Source: the human T2T-CHM13v2.0 reference genome, Homo sapiens
Length of the DNA: 64,000 bases
Assembly: GCF_009914755.1 (NCBI RefSeq)
Contig: NC_060925.1
Reading direction: 5' to 3' (one strand)
The notes beneath the pieces were generated by a model. It had not been told where the DNA came from. It ran no database searches and saw nothing but the letters and a program-made list of their open reading frames with translations. Below, piece by piece: positions 13,826-29,977 of this stretch (positions are counted from its first letter, which is position 1; each line of letters opens with the position of its first letter). The position numbers were made by a program, and so were the translations under genes.

Positions 13826-14765
13826 ATACAATAATCATTAGTGTCCTCTCCCCCATAGCCACAATCAGCTGACCCCAGACTCTGCAGGACATGAATGCCA
13901 GGAGAAAATCAAGCATTGATCTATCCGCCTTTTGAACTTTCAATCTGAGCTAAGGGGCTAGGCATGAAGAGCTGGAGAGGGGAAATAAGCCATACTCTAC
14001 TACTGGAATTCAAAACATTCAGTTCATGTGCAGGTATCTCTGTAACTCTGACTGGCCTGCTTCTGGGAGGAAGCTTACCCTTAATCCATAGCATTCTCCC
14101 CTAGATCATTCAGCCCCCTGTGCATTATTCCCTGGGAGCCACTAAAGCCCAGAACAAATCCCTTTATGTGAAGATTTCACAGCAGTCCTTCCCCTGCCTC
14201 AGAGTAATAGGAGCTGTCTGTTATCTCTACTCAGAAAATTAAAGTTTTACTTGGCCAAAGCCAAAAGATAATACAATTCTATAACCTTGTAGTTTCATCT
14301 GTTTATTACTTACTGTTTGTAGAGAAAACAATAAATAAAATATCTGTGCATGTAATATCCCCTTTTCCCTCCAGGGACTCATATGGGTTCCAAATTTCTA
14401 AATAATCTCAGTGGGAAGCAATGTTTGCAGTCTACCAGCTTCCTTATGACTCTCTCATTAACCTTTTCAACTCTCCAATTTTTGTTTCTTAAGTCTGGTC
14501 ACTTCTGTTTAATAACATTGGTACCAACTATTACACAGACAAAATAACCTGTCCTCACACATACCCAAACAATGTTTCAGCCCCTGTGTAATTACAGGAC
14601 TATAAAACATCAAGGGTGGGCCACGAAACGAAGAGGGGGCTAGCTATATGAAGGACAACATTCATTACAGAAAAACTGATCTTGGCCATTACATCTAGCA
14701 GTTGGCTCCACACCCCCAAGAGCTCTATGTTCACTCTTGCCCAGCTGTCTTCAGAAGAAAATGCA

Positions 14766-15062
14766 GGCTAGGCTCATGCCTATAATCCTAGCACTTTGGG
14801 AGGCCAAAGCAGGCAGATCACCTGAAGCAAGGGGTTTGAGACCAGCCTGGCCAACATGGCAAAACCCCAGCTCAACTAAAAATATAAAAATTAGCTGGGC
14901 ATGCTGGTCAGCGCCTGTACTGCCAGCTACTTGGGAGGCTGAGGCAGGAGATCACTTGAACCCAGGAGGCGGAGGTTACAGTGAGTTGAGATCACACCAC
15001 TCTACTCCAGCCTGGGTGACAGAGCGAGACTCCGTCTCAGAAAAAAAAAAAAAAAGAGAGAA
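14766..15062 (+). mobile_element. Alu (AluS), small deletion near the 5' end
   Basis: Dimeric Alu with A-tail; imperfect TSD aagaaaat(g/t)cag at 14755-14766 and 15063-15074. Confidence 0.95.
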
Positions 15063-16778
15063 AAGAAAATTCAGAGGCCAACAACTGTGCTGAGAAGAAG
15101 AAACAAAGGTAGAACAAGATTCTGACTAACTTACAATCTTGTGACTGTAAGAGCGTCTAGTTGCCCTGAGAGGTGTATGTGGATTCCCAGGAGGGTGGGA
15201 GGCCCAGGGCTTGTTAGTAAGCACCGCCTAGCACCACCTTCCACCTGCACCTCTCCTTACCTACTGCTCTGGCTGGGCTCAGCAGCATCATTCTCACAGT
15301 ATGAGCCAGAGGGACCCTGGGCCTCAGGCATTTCCACTTGTTCCAGACCCATGAAAAGTCATTGTGATTCCAGGGTAACAATCACCCTGATGACCTCTTT
15401 CTAGTCTCGGGCTCTGGGATCTTCTGCCTTCTCATTGCTTCTCTGAACTCCATCAAAACAGAAGAGGATGCCATAATTCTTTTACAACTTGACAAAAACA
15501 CCTTTATAAGAATGCATTGGTTCCCCCAGACAGTTTTAAGCCTCTTATCTTTAATTGTGGAATTAAGGATTTTATCTCCCATGAAAGAAATTTCATGCAT
15601 CAACTAAGCAATGTGCAGGGCAGAGAGACTCCCAGGTCTCCTAAGCATCAGGCTAAGACTTGGTGGGCCCAGAGGGACAAAGGTCAGAGTGGAAGACATG
15701 AGTCAGAAAGAACTGTGAGAGTTCCGTTCTCTTTCTCACCTGGCTGTCCTCAGATGAATGTACCTGGCCTGCTCCCTCAGACATCCTTTTCTGCAATGGT
15801 TGCAGGGGGAAAAGTCCTGGAATTGCTGGTGTCTTGCACTGTGGCACATGGGTCTGGAGTCAGAGGTATCTGAGCCCTCTACCCTTCCCTTGGTCTTCTG
15901 GGATTCTTTCTTACCATCTTGAGACCCTGGCACTACCCATTCCAGTCCTTCTGTCTCTTTCTCTCTCTTCCAGCACTAACACGTTTGTACCTGTTCACCA
16001 ATGCCCTCTACATAGCTGCCACTTTCTTTCTAGAAAGGTTTTCTACTCCCTTAACGCACAGACTTCTCTGTCTTGGGTTCATTATCAAAGGGAGACCTGG
16101 GAATATGAGAGGAGAGAAGGTGCTGGAAACTTTCTATTGCTCAACAACATCCCTCCAAATGTAGTGGAGCCTTAGATGATCACAGAGGGAGCAGCAGTCA
16201 TAGATGGGGGCACGAGGTAGAGATGGCAGAGGTGTGGGAACCTGAGCAATGACATTTATCACTTTCCCTGCAAAGGTGAGTGTGTGCATACAAGAGTGTG
16301 CGTCTGTGTGTAAGAGCATGTGTTGAGGGGAAACTGACATATTTGACAATAATTAGTATTACCAAGAAACTTTAAAAGTTAGAAAAAGAACTTAATCTTT
16401 GGCTACCTAAAAGTAATACTAATTATAGGCTTCATGCAAATTAAGTCCAATTATCATGCAACACAATAATATGTCTATCATTATAATATGTCAAGTTAAC
16501 TTTCTTGTAAATTTTCCATAACAATTTTGAACTTTTTTTTTGGACATTAATATTAATTTATTTTTTTATTATTATTATACTTTAAGTTTTAGGATACATG
16601 TGCACAATGTGCAGGTTTGTTACATATGCATACATGTGCCATGTTGGTGTGCTACACCCATTAGCTCGTCATTTAGCATTAGGTATATCTCCTGATGCTA
16701 TCCCTCCCCACTGCTCCCACCCCACAACACTCCCCGGTGTGTGATGTTCCCCTTCCTGTGTCCATGTGTTCTCATTGT

Positions 16779-20594
<3,816 letters not shown>

Positions 20595-20657
20595 TATGAT
20601 GTTAGCTGGTTATTTTGCTCGTTAGTTGATGCAGTTTCTTCATAGCCTCGATGGTCT

Positions 20658-21670
20658 TTACAATTTGGCATGTTTTTGCAGTGGCTGGTACTGGTTGTTC
20701 CTTTCCATGTTTAGTGCTTCCTTCAGGAGCTCTTTTAGGGCAGGCCTGGTGGTGACAAAATCTCTCAGCATTTGCTTGTCTGTAAAGTATTTTATTTCTC
20801 CTTCATTTATGAAGCTTAGTTTGGCTGGATATGAAATTCTGGGTTGAAAATTCTTTTCTTTAAGAATGTTGAATATTGGCCCCCACTCTCTTCTGGCTTG
20901 TAGGGTTTCTGCCGAGAGATCAGCTGTTAGTCTGATGGGCTTCCCTTTGTGGGTAACCCGACCTTCCTCTCTGGCTGCCCTTAACATTTTTTCCTTCATT
21001 TCAACTTTGGTGAATCTGACAATTATGTGTCTTGGAGTTGCTCTTCTCCAGGAGTATCTTTTTGGCGTTTTCTGTATTTCCTGAATTTGAATGTTGGCCT
21101 GCCTTGCTAGATTGGGGAAGTTCTCCTGGATAATATCCTGCACAGTGTTTACCAACTTGGTTCCATTCTCCCCGTCACTTTCAGGTACACCAGTTAGATG
21201 TAGATTTGGTCTTTTCACATAGTCCCGTATTTCTTGGAGGCTTTGTTTCTTTTTATTCTTTTTTCTCTAAACTTCTCTTCACGCTTCATTTCATTCATTT
21301 CATCTTCCATCACTGATACCCTTTCTTCCAGTTGATCGCATTGGTTACTGAGGCTTGTGCATTCGTCACGTAGTTCTCGTGCTGTGGTTTTCAGCTCCAT
21401 CAGGTCCTTTAAGCACTTCTCTGCATTGGTTATTCTAGTTATCCATTTGTCTAATTTTTTTTCAAAGTTTTTAACTCCTTTGCCATTGGTTCGAACTTCC
21501 TCCTTTAGCTCAGAGTAGGTTGATCTTCTGAAGGCTTCTTCTCTCAACTCGTCAAAGTCATTCTCCATCCAGCTTTGTTCCATTGCTGGTGAGGAGCTGT
21601 GTTCCTTTGGAGGAGGAGAGGTGCTCTGATTTTTAGAGTTTCCAGTTTTCCTGCTCTGTTTTTTCCCCAC
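20658..21670 (-). pseudogene. L1 ORF1 (RNA-binding protein), split by a frameshift near 21245
   Basis: ORFs 21215-21670 (MGKKQSRKTGNSK) and 20658-21218 (ARREWG, YPAKLSF). Confidence 0.95.
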
Positions 21671-21689
21671 CTTTGCGATTTTATCTACC

Positions 21690-22696
21690 TTTGGTCTTTG
21701 ATGATGGTGATGTACAGATGGGTTTTTGGTGTGGATGTCCTTTCTGTTTGTTAGTTTTCCTTCTAACAGTCAGGACCCTCAGCTGCAGGTCTGTTGGAGT
21801 TTACTGCAGGTCTGCTCCAGACCCGGTTTGCCTGGGTATCAGCAGCGGTGGCTGCAGAACAGCAGATATTGGTGAACCGCAAATGCTGCTGCCTGATCGT
21901 TCCTCTGGAAGTTTTGTCTCAGAGGAGTACCTGGCTGTGTGAGGTGTCAGTCTGCCCCTACTAAGGGGTGCCTCCCAGTTAGGCTACTCAGGGTTCAGGG
22001 ACCCACTTGAGAAGGCAGTCTGCCCATTCTCAGATCTCAAGCTGCATGCTGGGAGAACCACTACTCTCTTCAAAGCTGTCAGACAGGGACATTTAAGACT
22101 GCAGAGGTTATTGCTTCTTTTGTTTGTCTGTGCCCTGCCCCAAGAGGAGGAACTTACAGAGGCAGGCAAGCCTCCTTGAGCTGTGGTGGGCTCCACCCAG
22201 TTCGAGCTTCCAGGCTGCTTTGTTTACTTACTCAGGCCTGAGCAATGGCAGGCGCCCCTCCCCCAGCCTTGCTGCTGCCTTGCGGTTTGATCTCAGACTG
22301 TTGTGCTAGCAACGAGCAAGCCTCCGTGGGCATAGGACCCTCTGAGCCAGGTGCGGGATATAATCTCCTGGTGTGCCGTTTGTTAAGCCTGTTGGAAGAG
22401 CGCAGTATTAGGGTGGGAGTGACCCGATTTTCCAGGTGCCGTCTGTCACCCCTTTCTTTGACTAGGAAAGGGAATTCCCTGACCCCTTGCATTTCCCAGG
22501 TGAGGCAATGCCTCGCCCTGCTTCGGCTCACACACGGTGCTCTGCACCCACTGTCCTGCATCCACCGTCCGGCACTCCCTAGTGAGATGAACCTGGTACC
22601 TCAGTTGGAAATGCAGAAATCACCCATCTTCTGCGTCACTCACGCTGGGAGCTGTAGACTGGAGCTGTTCCTATTCGGCCATCTTGGCTCCACCCC
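21690..22696 (-). promoter_or_regulatory. L1 5'UTR: internal sense promoter with YY1 site, antisense promoter, and the retained ~129-bp ZNF93-binding segment (~21798-21926)
   Basis: CAAGATGGCC YY1 motif at 22677-22686 on -; the segment deleted in younger L1PA3-L1HS copies is present. Confidence 0.8.
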
Positions 22697-22727
22697 TATT
22701 AATTTCTACTCACATTTAGTAGAGTAA
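22245..22727 (+). CDS. L1 antisense ORF0, C-terminally extended to 160 aa (putative)
   Basis: [36 protein letters not shown] matches the ORF0 N-terminus; ATG in strong Kozak context (gcaATGG). Expression unknown. Confidence 0.55.
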   Translation: MAGAPPPALLLPCGLISDCCASNEQASVGIGPSEPGAGYNLLVCRLLSLLEERSIRVGVTRFSRCRLSPLSLTRKGNSLTPCISQVRQCLALLRLTHGALHPLSCIHRPALPSEMNLVPQLEMQKSPIFCVTHAGSCRLELFLFGHLGSTPINFYSHLVE

Positions 22728-22870
22728 TATTTACTTCCATAGCAAAATGTCAGATGGCTGATTCCTTCTTCTCTGATGAAGGTGTTGTCAACATCAAAAC
22801 ACACTGCATCTGCTGAGTAGAAAAGCTTCCTCAGCTCTGGGTGGGAGACCATCCTTGGAAGAATTTTCCT

Positions 22871-22939
22871 CCTCAGGTGATCCGCCAGCCTCGGCCTCCC
22901 AATGTGCTGGGGTTACAGGTGTGAGCCACTGCACCCAGC
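22871..22939 (-). mobile_element. Alu 5' fragment only (3'-truncated)
   Basis: cctcaggtgatccgccagcctcggcctcccaatgtgctggggttacaggtgtgagccactgcacccagc is the reverse complement of the first ~70 nt of Alu. Confidence 0.9.
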
Positions 22940-23019
22940 TGGTACCAGCTTTTAAAACAACAATTTTGAACTTTGTGTACAAGTTGTGCAAGTAAAAAGA
23001 CTAAATGAACAGGACTCCG

Positions 23020-23185
23020 TTGTCTTTTTAAGTCCTTTGCCAATATTTCTACATGGTTGTTTATCTTTTTCTTTAATGATTTTTAAATGGCCTCTATGCA
23101 TTGAGGAGAGCATCCCTTTATCTATTACATGTGCTGCAAATATTTCTTCCAGTGTGGGATTGGTCTTTTAATTTTGATGGTGTAT
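23020..23185 (-). mobile_element. Old L1M ORF2 fragment
   Basis: aagtcctttgccaatatttct...ccctttatctattacatgtgctgcaaatatttcttccag is typical inverted L1 ORF2 3' sequence. Confidence 0.65.
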
Positions 23186-23371
23186 TAGAGTATATAGAGA
23201 AACGGTTCTCAGTCTCTTGCAATCACACTTTATGTGTTCACTTTCCATGCAGCATACTCACCTGCTCACAGTTTAAAAAAAAAAAAAATTATAGAAAAAG
23301 TGCCCATTATATCTATTTGCTGAAGCATGAAATTCCTTTGAACAGGAAATAATCTTTCATTCCACAATTAG

Positions 23372-23495
23372 AGATAAAATGTTTACAAATGCACAGAGCC
23401 TTAGAGATAATACATTAGTGAGTTTCAGGTAAATGTGTATGATGATAACAGTCTTTCCTGTGTTTACAAGAGGAGGTTTCATTTCGAAAGCAGTA
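23372..23495 (+). repeat. Local direct duplication, copy A (paralog at 25733-25858)
   Basis: Aligns by eye to 25733-25858 at roughly 80% identity. Confidence 0.9.
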
Positions 23496-23569
23496 GAGAA
23501 TCCTGTGCCAGAATGAATGAGGGAGAGAGGCCTTCAGGAGGAGTTCTGCAGACCAAGACTGACCACCCC

Positions 23570-23782
23570 CTAGAGCCTTCCCTGACCCTCCAGGTCAGGG
23601 TTAGATACTTCTTCCCTGTAGTCCCACAGGCACCCATAAATAGTTCTGTTATACCACGAATTACACTTTAATACAATGGCTGTTTACTTCTCTGTCTTGC
23701 CCACCTCCCTATAATGTACTCAGAGGACAGGGATGGTGTCTAATTAGTTCGCCATTGTATCCAGAGCATCAACCTAGTAAAT

Positions 23783-23817
<35 letters not shown>

Positions 23818-24040
23818 ATTCAACGATTCTTTTAAAAAAATACTTTAAGTTTTGGATACATGTGCAGAACGTGCAGGTTTGTTACATAGGTATACATGTG
23901 CCATGGTGGTTTTGTGCACCCATCAACCCATCATCTATATTAGGTATTTCTCCTAATGCTATCTCTCCCCTTGTCCCCCACCCCCTAGTAGATTCTTAAT
24001 CAACATTCATTGAATGAATAAGTAAAGGACTCAATAAATC
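23570..24040 (+). mobile_element. L2 3' fragment interrupted by an L1PA7-like insertion
   Basis: gccttccctgaccctcc...gaggacagggatggtgtc...ttgtatccagagc [L1] ...caacattcattgaatgaataa. Confidence 0.7.
23787..23983 (-). mobile_element. 5'-truncated L1 (L1PA7-like 3' end) with an extra 26-nt segment before a pure 30-nt poly-A (T30 on +, 23785-23814)
   Basis: tactttaagttttggatacatgtgcagaacgtgcagg...aggtatttctcctaatgct; TSD cctagta(a/g)attctt at 23773-23786 and 23984-23997. Confidence 0.9.
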
Positions 24041-25732
24041 AATAAATCAGCATTATTACTTTCCTCAGGGCTTGTGTGACTGTATTATTGCTTCTGCTGC
24101 AGAAAGATAGAAAGGCACTATGTATTAAAGGAGAAGACTCAAGCTGAGAAGATGAGTCCCTACAGAATGACTACCACCCTTCCAGCATGTGGCCCAAAAA
24201 GGCCCCAGTAATAAATATCCCAACAAAACCCCACTCTAGGACCATGCCCTCACTCAGAATTTAGATTTTGATATGTCAAGGTAAACGACGGCCTGTGCCT
24301 CCCTCTCCCCAAGAACACAGCGCTTCCCTAACCAGCTGAGATCTTTTAATGCTTTAGACTAAACTCTGAAGCAGGAACAACTGGGTTTTCAGGAGCTGCC
24401 ATAAGAATCAGCCTCATTCAGCAAGGGACCCCTGTCTAATTAGGCTCCCTGAGGTATTTTACAGGTTGATCTGGCTTGAACCTTCTTTGCTCTCTTGAAA
24501 ATTTGCTAACCTTTCAATCCTCCATTAGCTGACCCTAGATAATACTACATCCCGTTCTCTGTGCCTATGACTCTCTGCAATACATCTAAGAGTCCAGCCT
24601 AGATTATGTAGGCCCTGCCCAGCCAGGTCAGCCCACATGACCTTTTTCTGGCCTTTCTGGCAATGTCAGCCTGAATGACCCTGCTTCTGTCTAGTTCTTT
24701 TACCTTTCCGGACATGAGCTTCCCCATCCTCTGCTCCACTTTGTAAATATACTCAGCCCTGGTCAAGAATCCCTGCCTTCCCATGTCTAATCCTGCCCTG
24801 GACACGGTGAAGTCCTCCTGGATAGGTCAGTGCATGCACATCACACACTAGGGGGTTATTTGCTTTCTAGTTTCTTCTCGCCTCTGGTGCTGTGTATGTA
24901 TCCTCACCTGCTTATCTCTGTTTTCCAACTCCTATTGCCCATGTGCTTTAACCTGAGTTTCTAGACTTTTAACTTCCAAGAATTGGCTTTGGTTCTGCCT
25001 CATGGTTACTCAGTGATTATTTCTTCCTGGGCACCATCCAGACTCCCTCTACAAATTCAGGATTGATTCCTGCTATGATAGCTGGTAACTGCAGGCATCT
25101 TCAAATGGTGTCTATGCCTGCTCTCCACCAAACACTCTGTTCCTCAATTCTAAATGATCCCTTTCCAGCACTATTCACCTGGCTCACCATTGCCCAGACC
25201 TGCAAAGGAGACATGAGGACAACCATCATTTGTGCTACATGACATAAATATGAAATAAAATAAGATCTCCTTTGAGAAGCTCATGGGCGCAGAGCAGTGG
25301 CGTACACAGGCTCTCATCTGTTTGCCTCCTGGATAGGGGTTTCTGGGTTGAGCACAGCCAGGTATATTGTAGAAAGGGCACCAATAGAAATAACATACTC
25401 CATGATGTTCTAAATATTTACAGAAAAAGGGGGCTGAGGAATATCTAGTTGACTGTATGACAACGAGAGCTTTAGGACTGAAGAGATCAGCAGCTAGTGT
25501 CAATTCATCCTGCCACTGAGCTAATTCAACTGAGCTAAATTCTTACTAAGCTACCAAAAGCAGGAAGGACATGAGCATCAAGGCTCTGCTGATGTCTCCC
25601 ATCAAGCCCCTTCTTCACACCTGGCTCACCACCAGCCCCCATCCCCAACCTGGGTCCCCCATCTTGCCCAACAAGCCTACTCTCTGCTCCTACACAGATA
25701 TCCATAAGCTGCCTCCTCTCTGGACCTCAGCA

Positions 25733-25858
25733 AGATAACAGGTTTACAAATGCACAGGGCCTTAGAGATAATAGTTTAGAGTGTTTCAGGTAAATGTGTA
25801 TTATGATAACAGAGTCTTTCCTATGTTTATGGGAGGGAGTTTCATTTAGAAAGCAGTA
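25733..25858 (+). repeat. Local direct duplication, copy B (paralog at 23372-23495)
   Basis: gtttacaaatgcacag, ttagagataata, gtttcaggtaaatgtgtat and gaaagcagta are shared with copy A. Confidence 0.9.
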
Positions 25859-26229
25859 AAATATTTAGGGCCCTAACGGGTGAGTGGAGCCAGGCCACCA
25901 CAAGGTGCCCTGTAGCTGCTCTGGGCCTCCCAGGCTTTCCAAAGTCAGAGACCATGCCCCAGCCTCTAAACTCACTTTCTCCATCTCCTCCTCCCTCACC
26001 AGAATACACCCAACTCCTAATTCATTTTCCTAGGAACTTGCTCCCTAATGGAGTTGTAGAACCACAGAATTTTAGATTTATGTTATCTTACCATAAAGTG
26101 GGAAAACCAGAGCTTACTCCTTTTAAAAGATGAAGGCAGAGGGGTTTGTGTGTTTTGTCTTTAGAGCCCCTCTGTTTTTTACAGGTCTCATCTCTTCTCT
26201 ATAGTCCCAGTTCCCTGCATCCTTCTAAA

Positions 26230-26425
26230 TATCAGCTCCACTCTTCATTGGCAAATTGATCATGGGCAACTGTCTAAACTTCTTTGTGCATTTGTTTTCT
26301 CATCAGCAAAATGGAATTGTATCAGTACCTTCCTTCAAAGGAACATCCAGAGGATTAATGAGAGAATCTTATGTGAATCAATTAGCATGGTACCTGGCAC
26401 TTAATAAATGTTAGCTTTTATTATT
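26230..26425 (+). mobile_element. MIR SINE
   Basis: catgggcaactgtctaaacttctttgtgcatttgttttctcatcagcaaaatgg...catggtacctggcacttaataaatgttagct. Confidence 0.7.
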
Positions 26426-28691
26426 TCTTAAAGCTTTTGTATCCTTATTCTTTAAGAAAATCAATCCTAATCAATTCCTCTCTTAAGTAGTATTTAAGGG
26501 CACTGTATTTTACCCCTCCCAGGTAATACAACCCTACATTTAAGCAGAGTGGATGTTTATTATCCAATCAAAGGCTGTACTTGGGGAATTTTAAGTTTCC
26601 AGGCAGATGGAGAAGGGAAGAGCTTTGGGCAGGAGACATTCATAGATCCTGGATGTCACATAAAGTAGGTAGATGCCTATTGCCCTAACATGTGCAGATA
26701 GACTTGGGCTTGGCTTGTTGTCCAAATTCCTAAAATCCCCAAGCCTGGAAAATGGCAATCGAGACTGATTTTCATAACTGTATTATAAAAGGAAGTACGA
26801 CAGATCATTTTACTTTTCCTGCTCGTATTATATAGTCCCCCAAAAAAAGCTTTCTCAAAAGAGTTAAAGCATAACCTAAATAACTTAATTTGAATACCTA
26901 AACACTCAGGCTATTTAACAATGATAGTAATTGTTTATTCTTCATACTTCTACAGATTTTCTTCTCTGTCCAAATCAATTCCACTATTCTACTAAACATT
27001 GACATTACTTTTGACATTTATTACCTAGGTGTTTCTAGCTTTTCCAAAGGCTAATATTTTACCTAGTTTATTTCCCTAAATTCTATAGATATACCTAAAT
27101 CTTCCTATAGAAAGCTCCTTCCTGTACTGCCTTCTAGTTTTGATTAGCAGGGCTATTTCTTAATGGAAAGCCAAAGTTATAACATGTTTTCTTCCCTGCT
27201 TTTTATCGAAAGCTCTTTTGGAGAACTCTTTATTGCCTTTTAATTGTCTGAGTTTATTTTCTTCACTTCTCTTATTAAAGCAGAGATGGCAGAGGGGGGA
27301 GAAAGGGGAATGTAGCTATCCCTCAGCAACCTTCAAAGTCATCTTTAATCTTGTAATCATCTTCATCCATCAGCTGGCCTCCCGTTTCCCTTGCCTCCAT
27401 TTTTTATTTATTTTTTGTCTATTCAAGAAGACCTTTCTCATTCTCATTTTGCTTACATTAATTCACCCTGCTCTTTGGCTGCCCTAACTTTAGTTGCATA
27501 TTCTCATTTGATCCCCTCCTGTCCCTTTCCTTTCCAAGTCAGATTTTTCTTTGCACATAGGTTTTTAAGCCACCCTTTGTAAATCCACTTTGCAAAGAGC
27601 AAGCAATCTCCAATCTTCTTTTCCAGAGCAATTGTAATCCACTTGGTTTAATTATAGTGTCTATTCAGATGTTCAAAATTCCATCCAGTTATAGATTTTA
27701 ATACTTCTTCCCTCTGAACCATATTTATTAGATTGATTAATTCCCCAAATGTGCTTTTTTGAAGTTTAATACCCTAAGTCTTTGAAGTCACTGCTTACTT
27801 AAAGAATTCAAGAAGATCATGATCACTAGTAACAAGGAGGCTGTCTTGGAATTAACTACATAATTCAGCTGTTGCTATTCCCAGTAGCTCCAGTTACTGT
27901 ACCACTCATAGCTTGATTTCCCAGTCTTAGTCAAAACACGATCTTTAACCCACGTGTTGTAGGCAAAACCATATCCATCACAATGAGAAGTTTCACAAAA
28001 AAAGACAAATTAAGTAAGCATTTACTTTTTTATTATTGTTTATTCTCATCTTGGATGATTGGTAATAAATTGGGGTGACTCACATTATTTATCTGGACCT
28101 TCATTTCCATATAAATGAAATGAGGAAGGAGGACTAGATGGCTTCTAAGATATCTTCTAGCTCTTTTAAATACCATTCTTCTACAATTCTAATTTATTCT
28201 CCAAAATTATGGAGTTGAATTTCTGGCACATTAATGTGAACTATGGAACATTTTATTGCTTAAAAAAAATTTTATTTCAGATACAGTGAGTAGTTAGACC
28301 CACCTTAACTTTTTAATGGCTTTATAAGGGAAAACTGGCATACAATAATATGTACATAAAGTTTACAGTTTGGTAAGCTTTGTTATATGTATATACTCAT
28401 GAAGCCATTAGCACAATCACGATAAAGTTTATATCCATCAACCTTACATTGGGATTAGTTAAGTATCCCTTATGATCCCATGTTATCTACCATAACATGG
28501 TTGGCTTTTTAACTATGAGTCTTTGCGGTGTTAATTTAGTGGTGGTTCTAAGATTGATAATATACATCTTTAACTTACCACTGTCTCCCTTCAAGTGACA
28601 TTATATCATTTCATATATAGTACAAGAATCTAATAACCATATAATTGTATCTCTCCTCTCCTGGCTTTTGTGATATTGTTGTTATACATTT

Positions 28692-28694
<3 letters not shown>

Positions 28695-28745
<51 letters not shown>

Positions 28746-28756
28746 TATATATATAA
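28695..28756. repeat. (AT)n(AC)n compound microsatellite
   Basis: About 19 AT units followed by AC and AT units, read directly. Confidence 0.95.
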
Positions 28757-28872
28757 AAATAAAATAAACTCCAACACACATTGTTATTTTTTGGCCTTAA
28801 ATGCTCATTTTTTTAAGATTTAAATGATTAAGCATTTTCATATTTACCCACATTGTTACCATGCCTAGTACT

Positions 28873-29043
28873 TTATTACTATACATATATAATATGAAAC
28901 ATGTATGTGTCATATATGTCATATATACACATACATATGACATATGCACATACATATGACACACATATGACATAGATACACATACATGTGTCACATATGA
29001 CATATAGGACACATACATGTATCATATATATGTATAGTAATAA
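28873..29043. repeat. AT-rich inverted repeat (arms 28873-28924 and 28995-29043)
   Basis: Arms are reverse complements apart from 2 mismatches and one 3-bp indel. Confidence 0.85.
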
Positions 29044-29943
29044 TGTATATATAGTTATATATAATATATAGTGACATATATGTATGTGTATATATATGAC
29101 ATTTTATATATATATATATATCTCTTTCTCTCTCCAGTCTGCTGGTAACAAATTTTTTCAGTTTGTGTATATCTGAAAAATCTTTAATTTTAGCTTTGGA
29201 AACATTTTTGCTTGGTATAGAATCTAAGTTGACAGTTATTTTCCATCAGTACTTTAAATATTGCCTCACTCTCTTCTCTTGCGTTGTTTCTGATAAGAAA
29301 TCTATTGTCATCCTTAACTTTGTTTCTCTATATACAATGTATCTTTTTTCTGTGGCTGCTTTTAGGTTTTTCTCTTTATCATTGGGGGTTAAACAATTTT
29401 ATTATAAAGTGCTTTAGTTTGTTTCCTTCGTATTTCTTGGCCATTTGTTGAATGTTGGAACTGTGGATTTAGAGTTTTCATCAAACTTGGACGATATCTG
29501 GCCATTATGCCTTCAAATATTTTTTGTACCCAACCTCTTCTCTTCGGAGAGTCCATCTCCCAAGATCATGTGCATCTTGGGCCACTTGAAGTATAAAGTA
29601 TACCCCCATAAGTATGCTTTGTTTCCATTGTTTCCCAGAATTCTTTCTCTACGTGATTCATTCTGGATAGTCTCTACTCTGTTTTTATATTCAGTAACCC
29701 TTTCTTCTTCATTGTCTAATCTATCATCAATTCTATCCAGTATATTTTTCATCTCAGAAATTGTAGTTTTCATCTCAAGAAGTTATTTTTTATATTTTAT
29801 GTAATGTGCCCTTTAATACACTAAGTTGTTTCTTCAGGTTCTTGAATATAGGGAATGTCCTTATCTAATAATTTTGTCATCTATGTCATTTCTGGCTTAG
29901 TTTTAATTGATTTTTCTCCTAATTATGCACCATACATTTTCTT

Positions 29944-29977
<34 letters not shown>

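Noticed and set aside
14737-15093. 118-aa ORF
   Set aside because: Translation of an Alu.
28797-29018. Repetitive ORF (MYVSYMSYV...) or CRISPR-like array
   Set aside because: Low-complexity AT repeat with no constant repeat and unique spacers; the context is eukaryotic.
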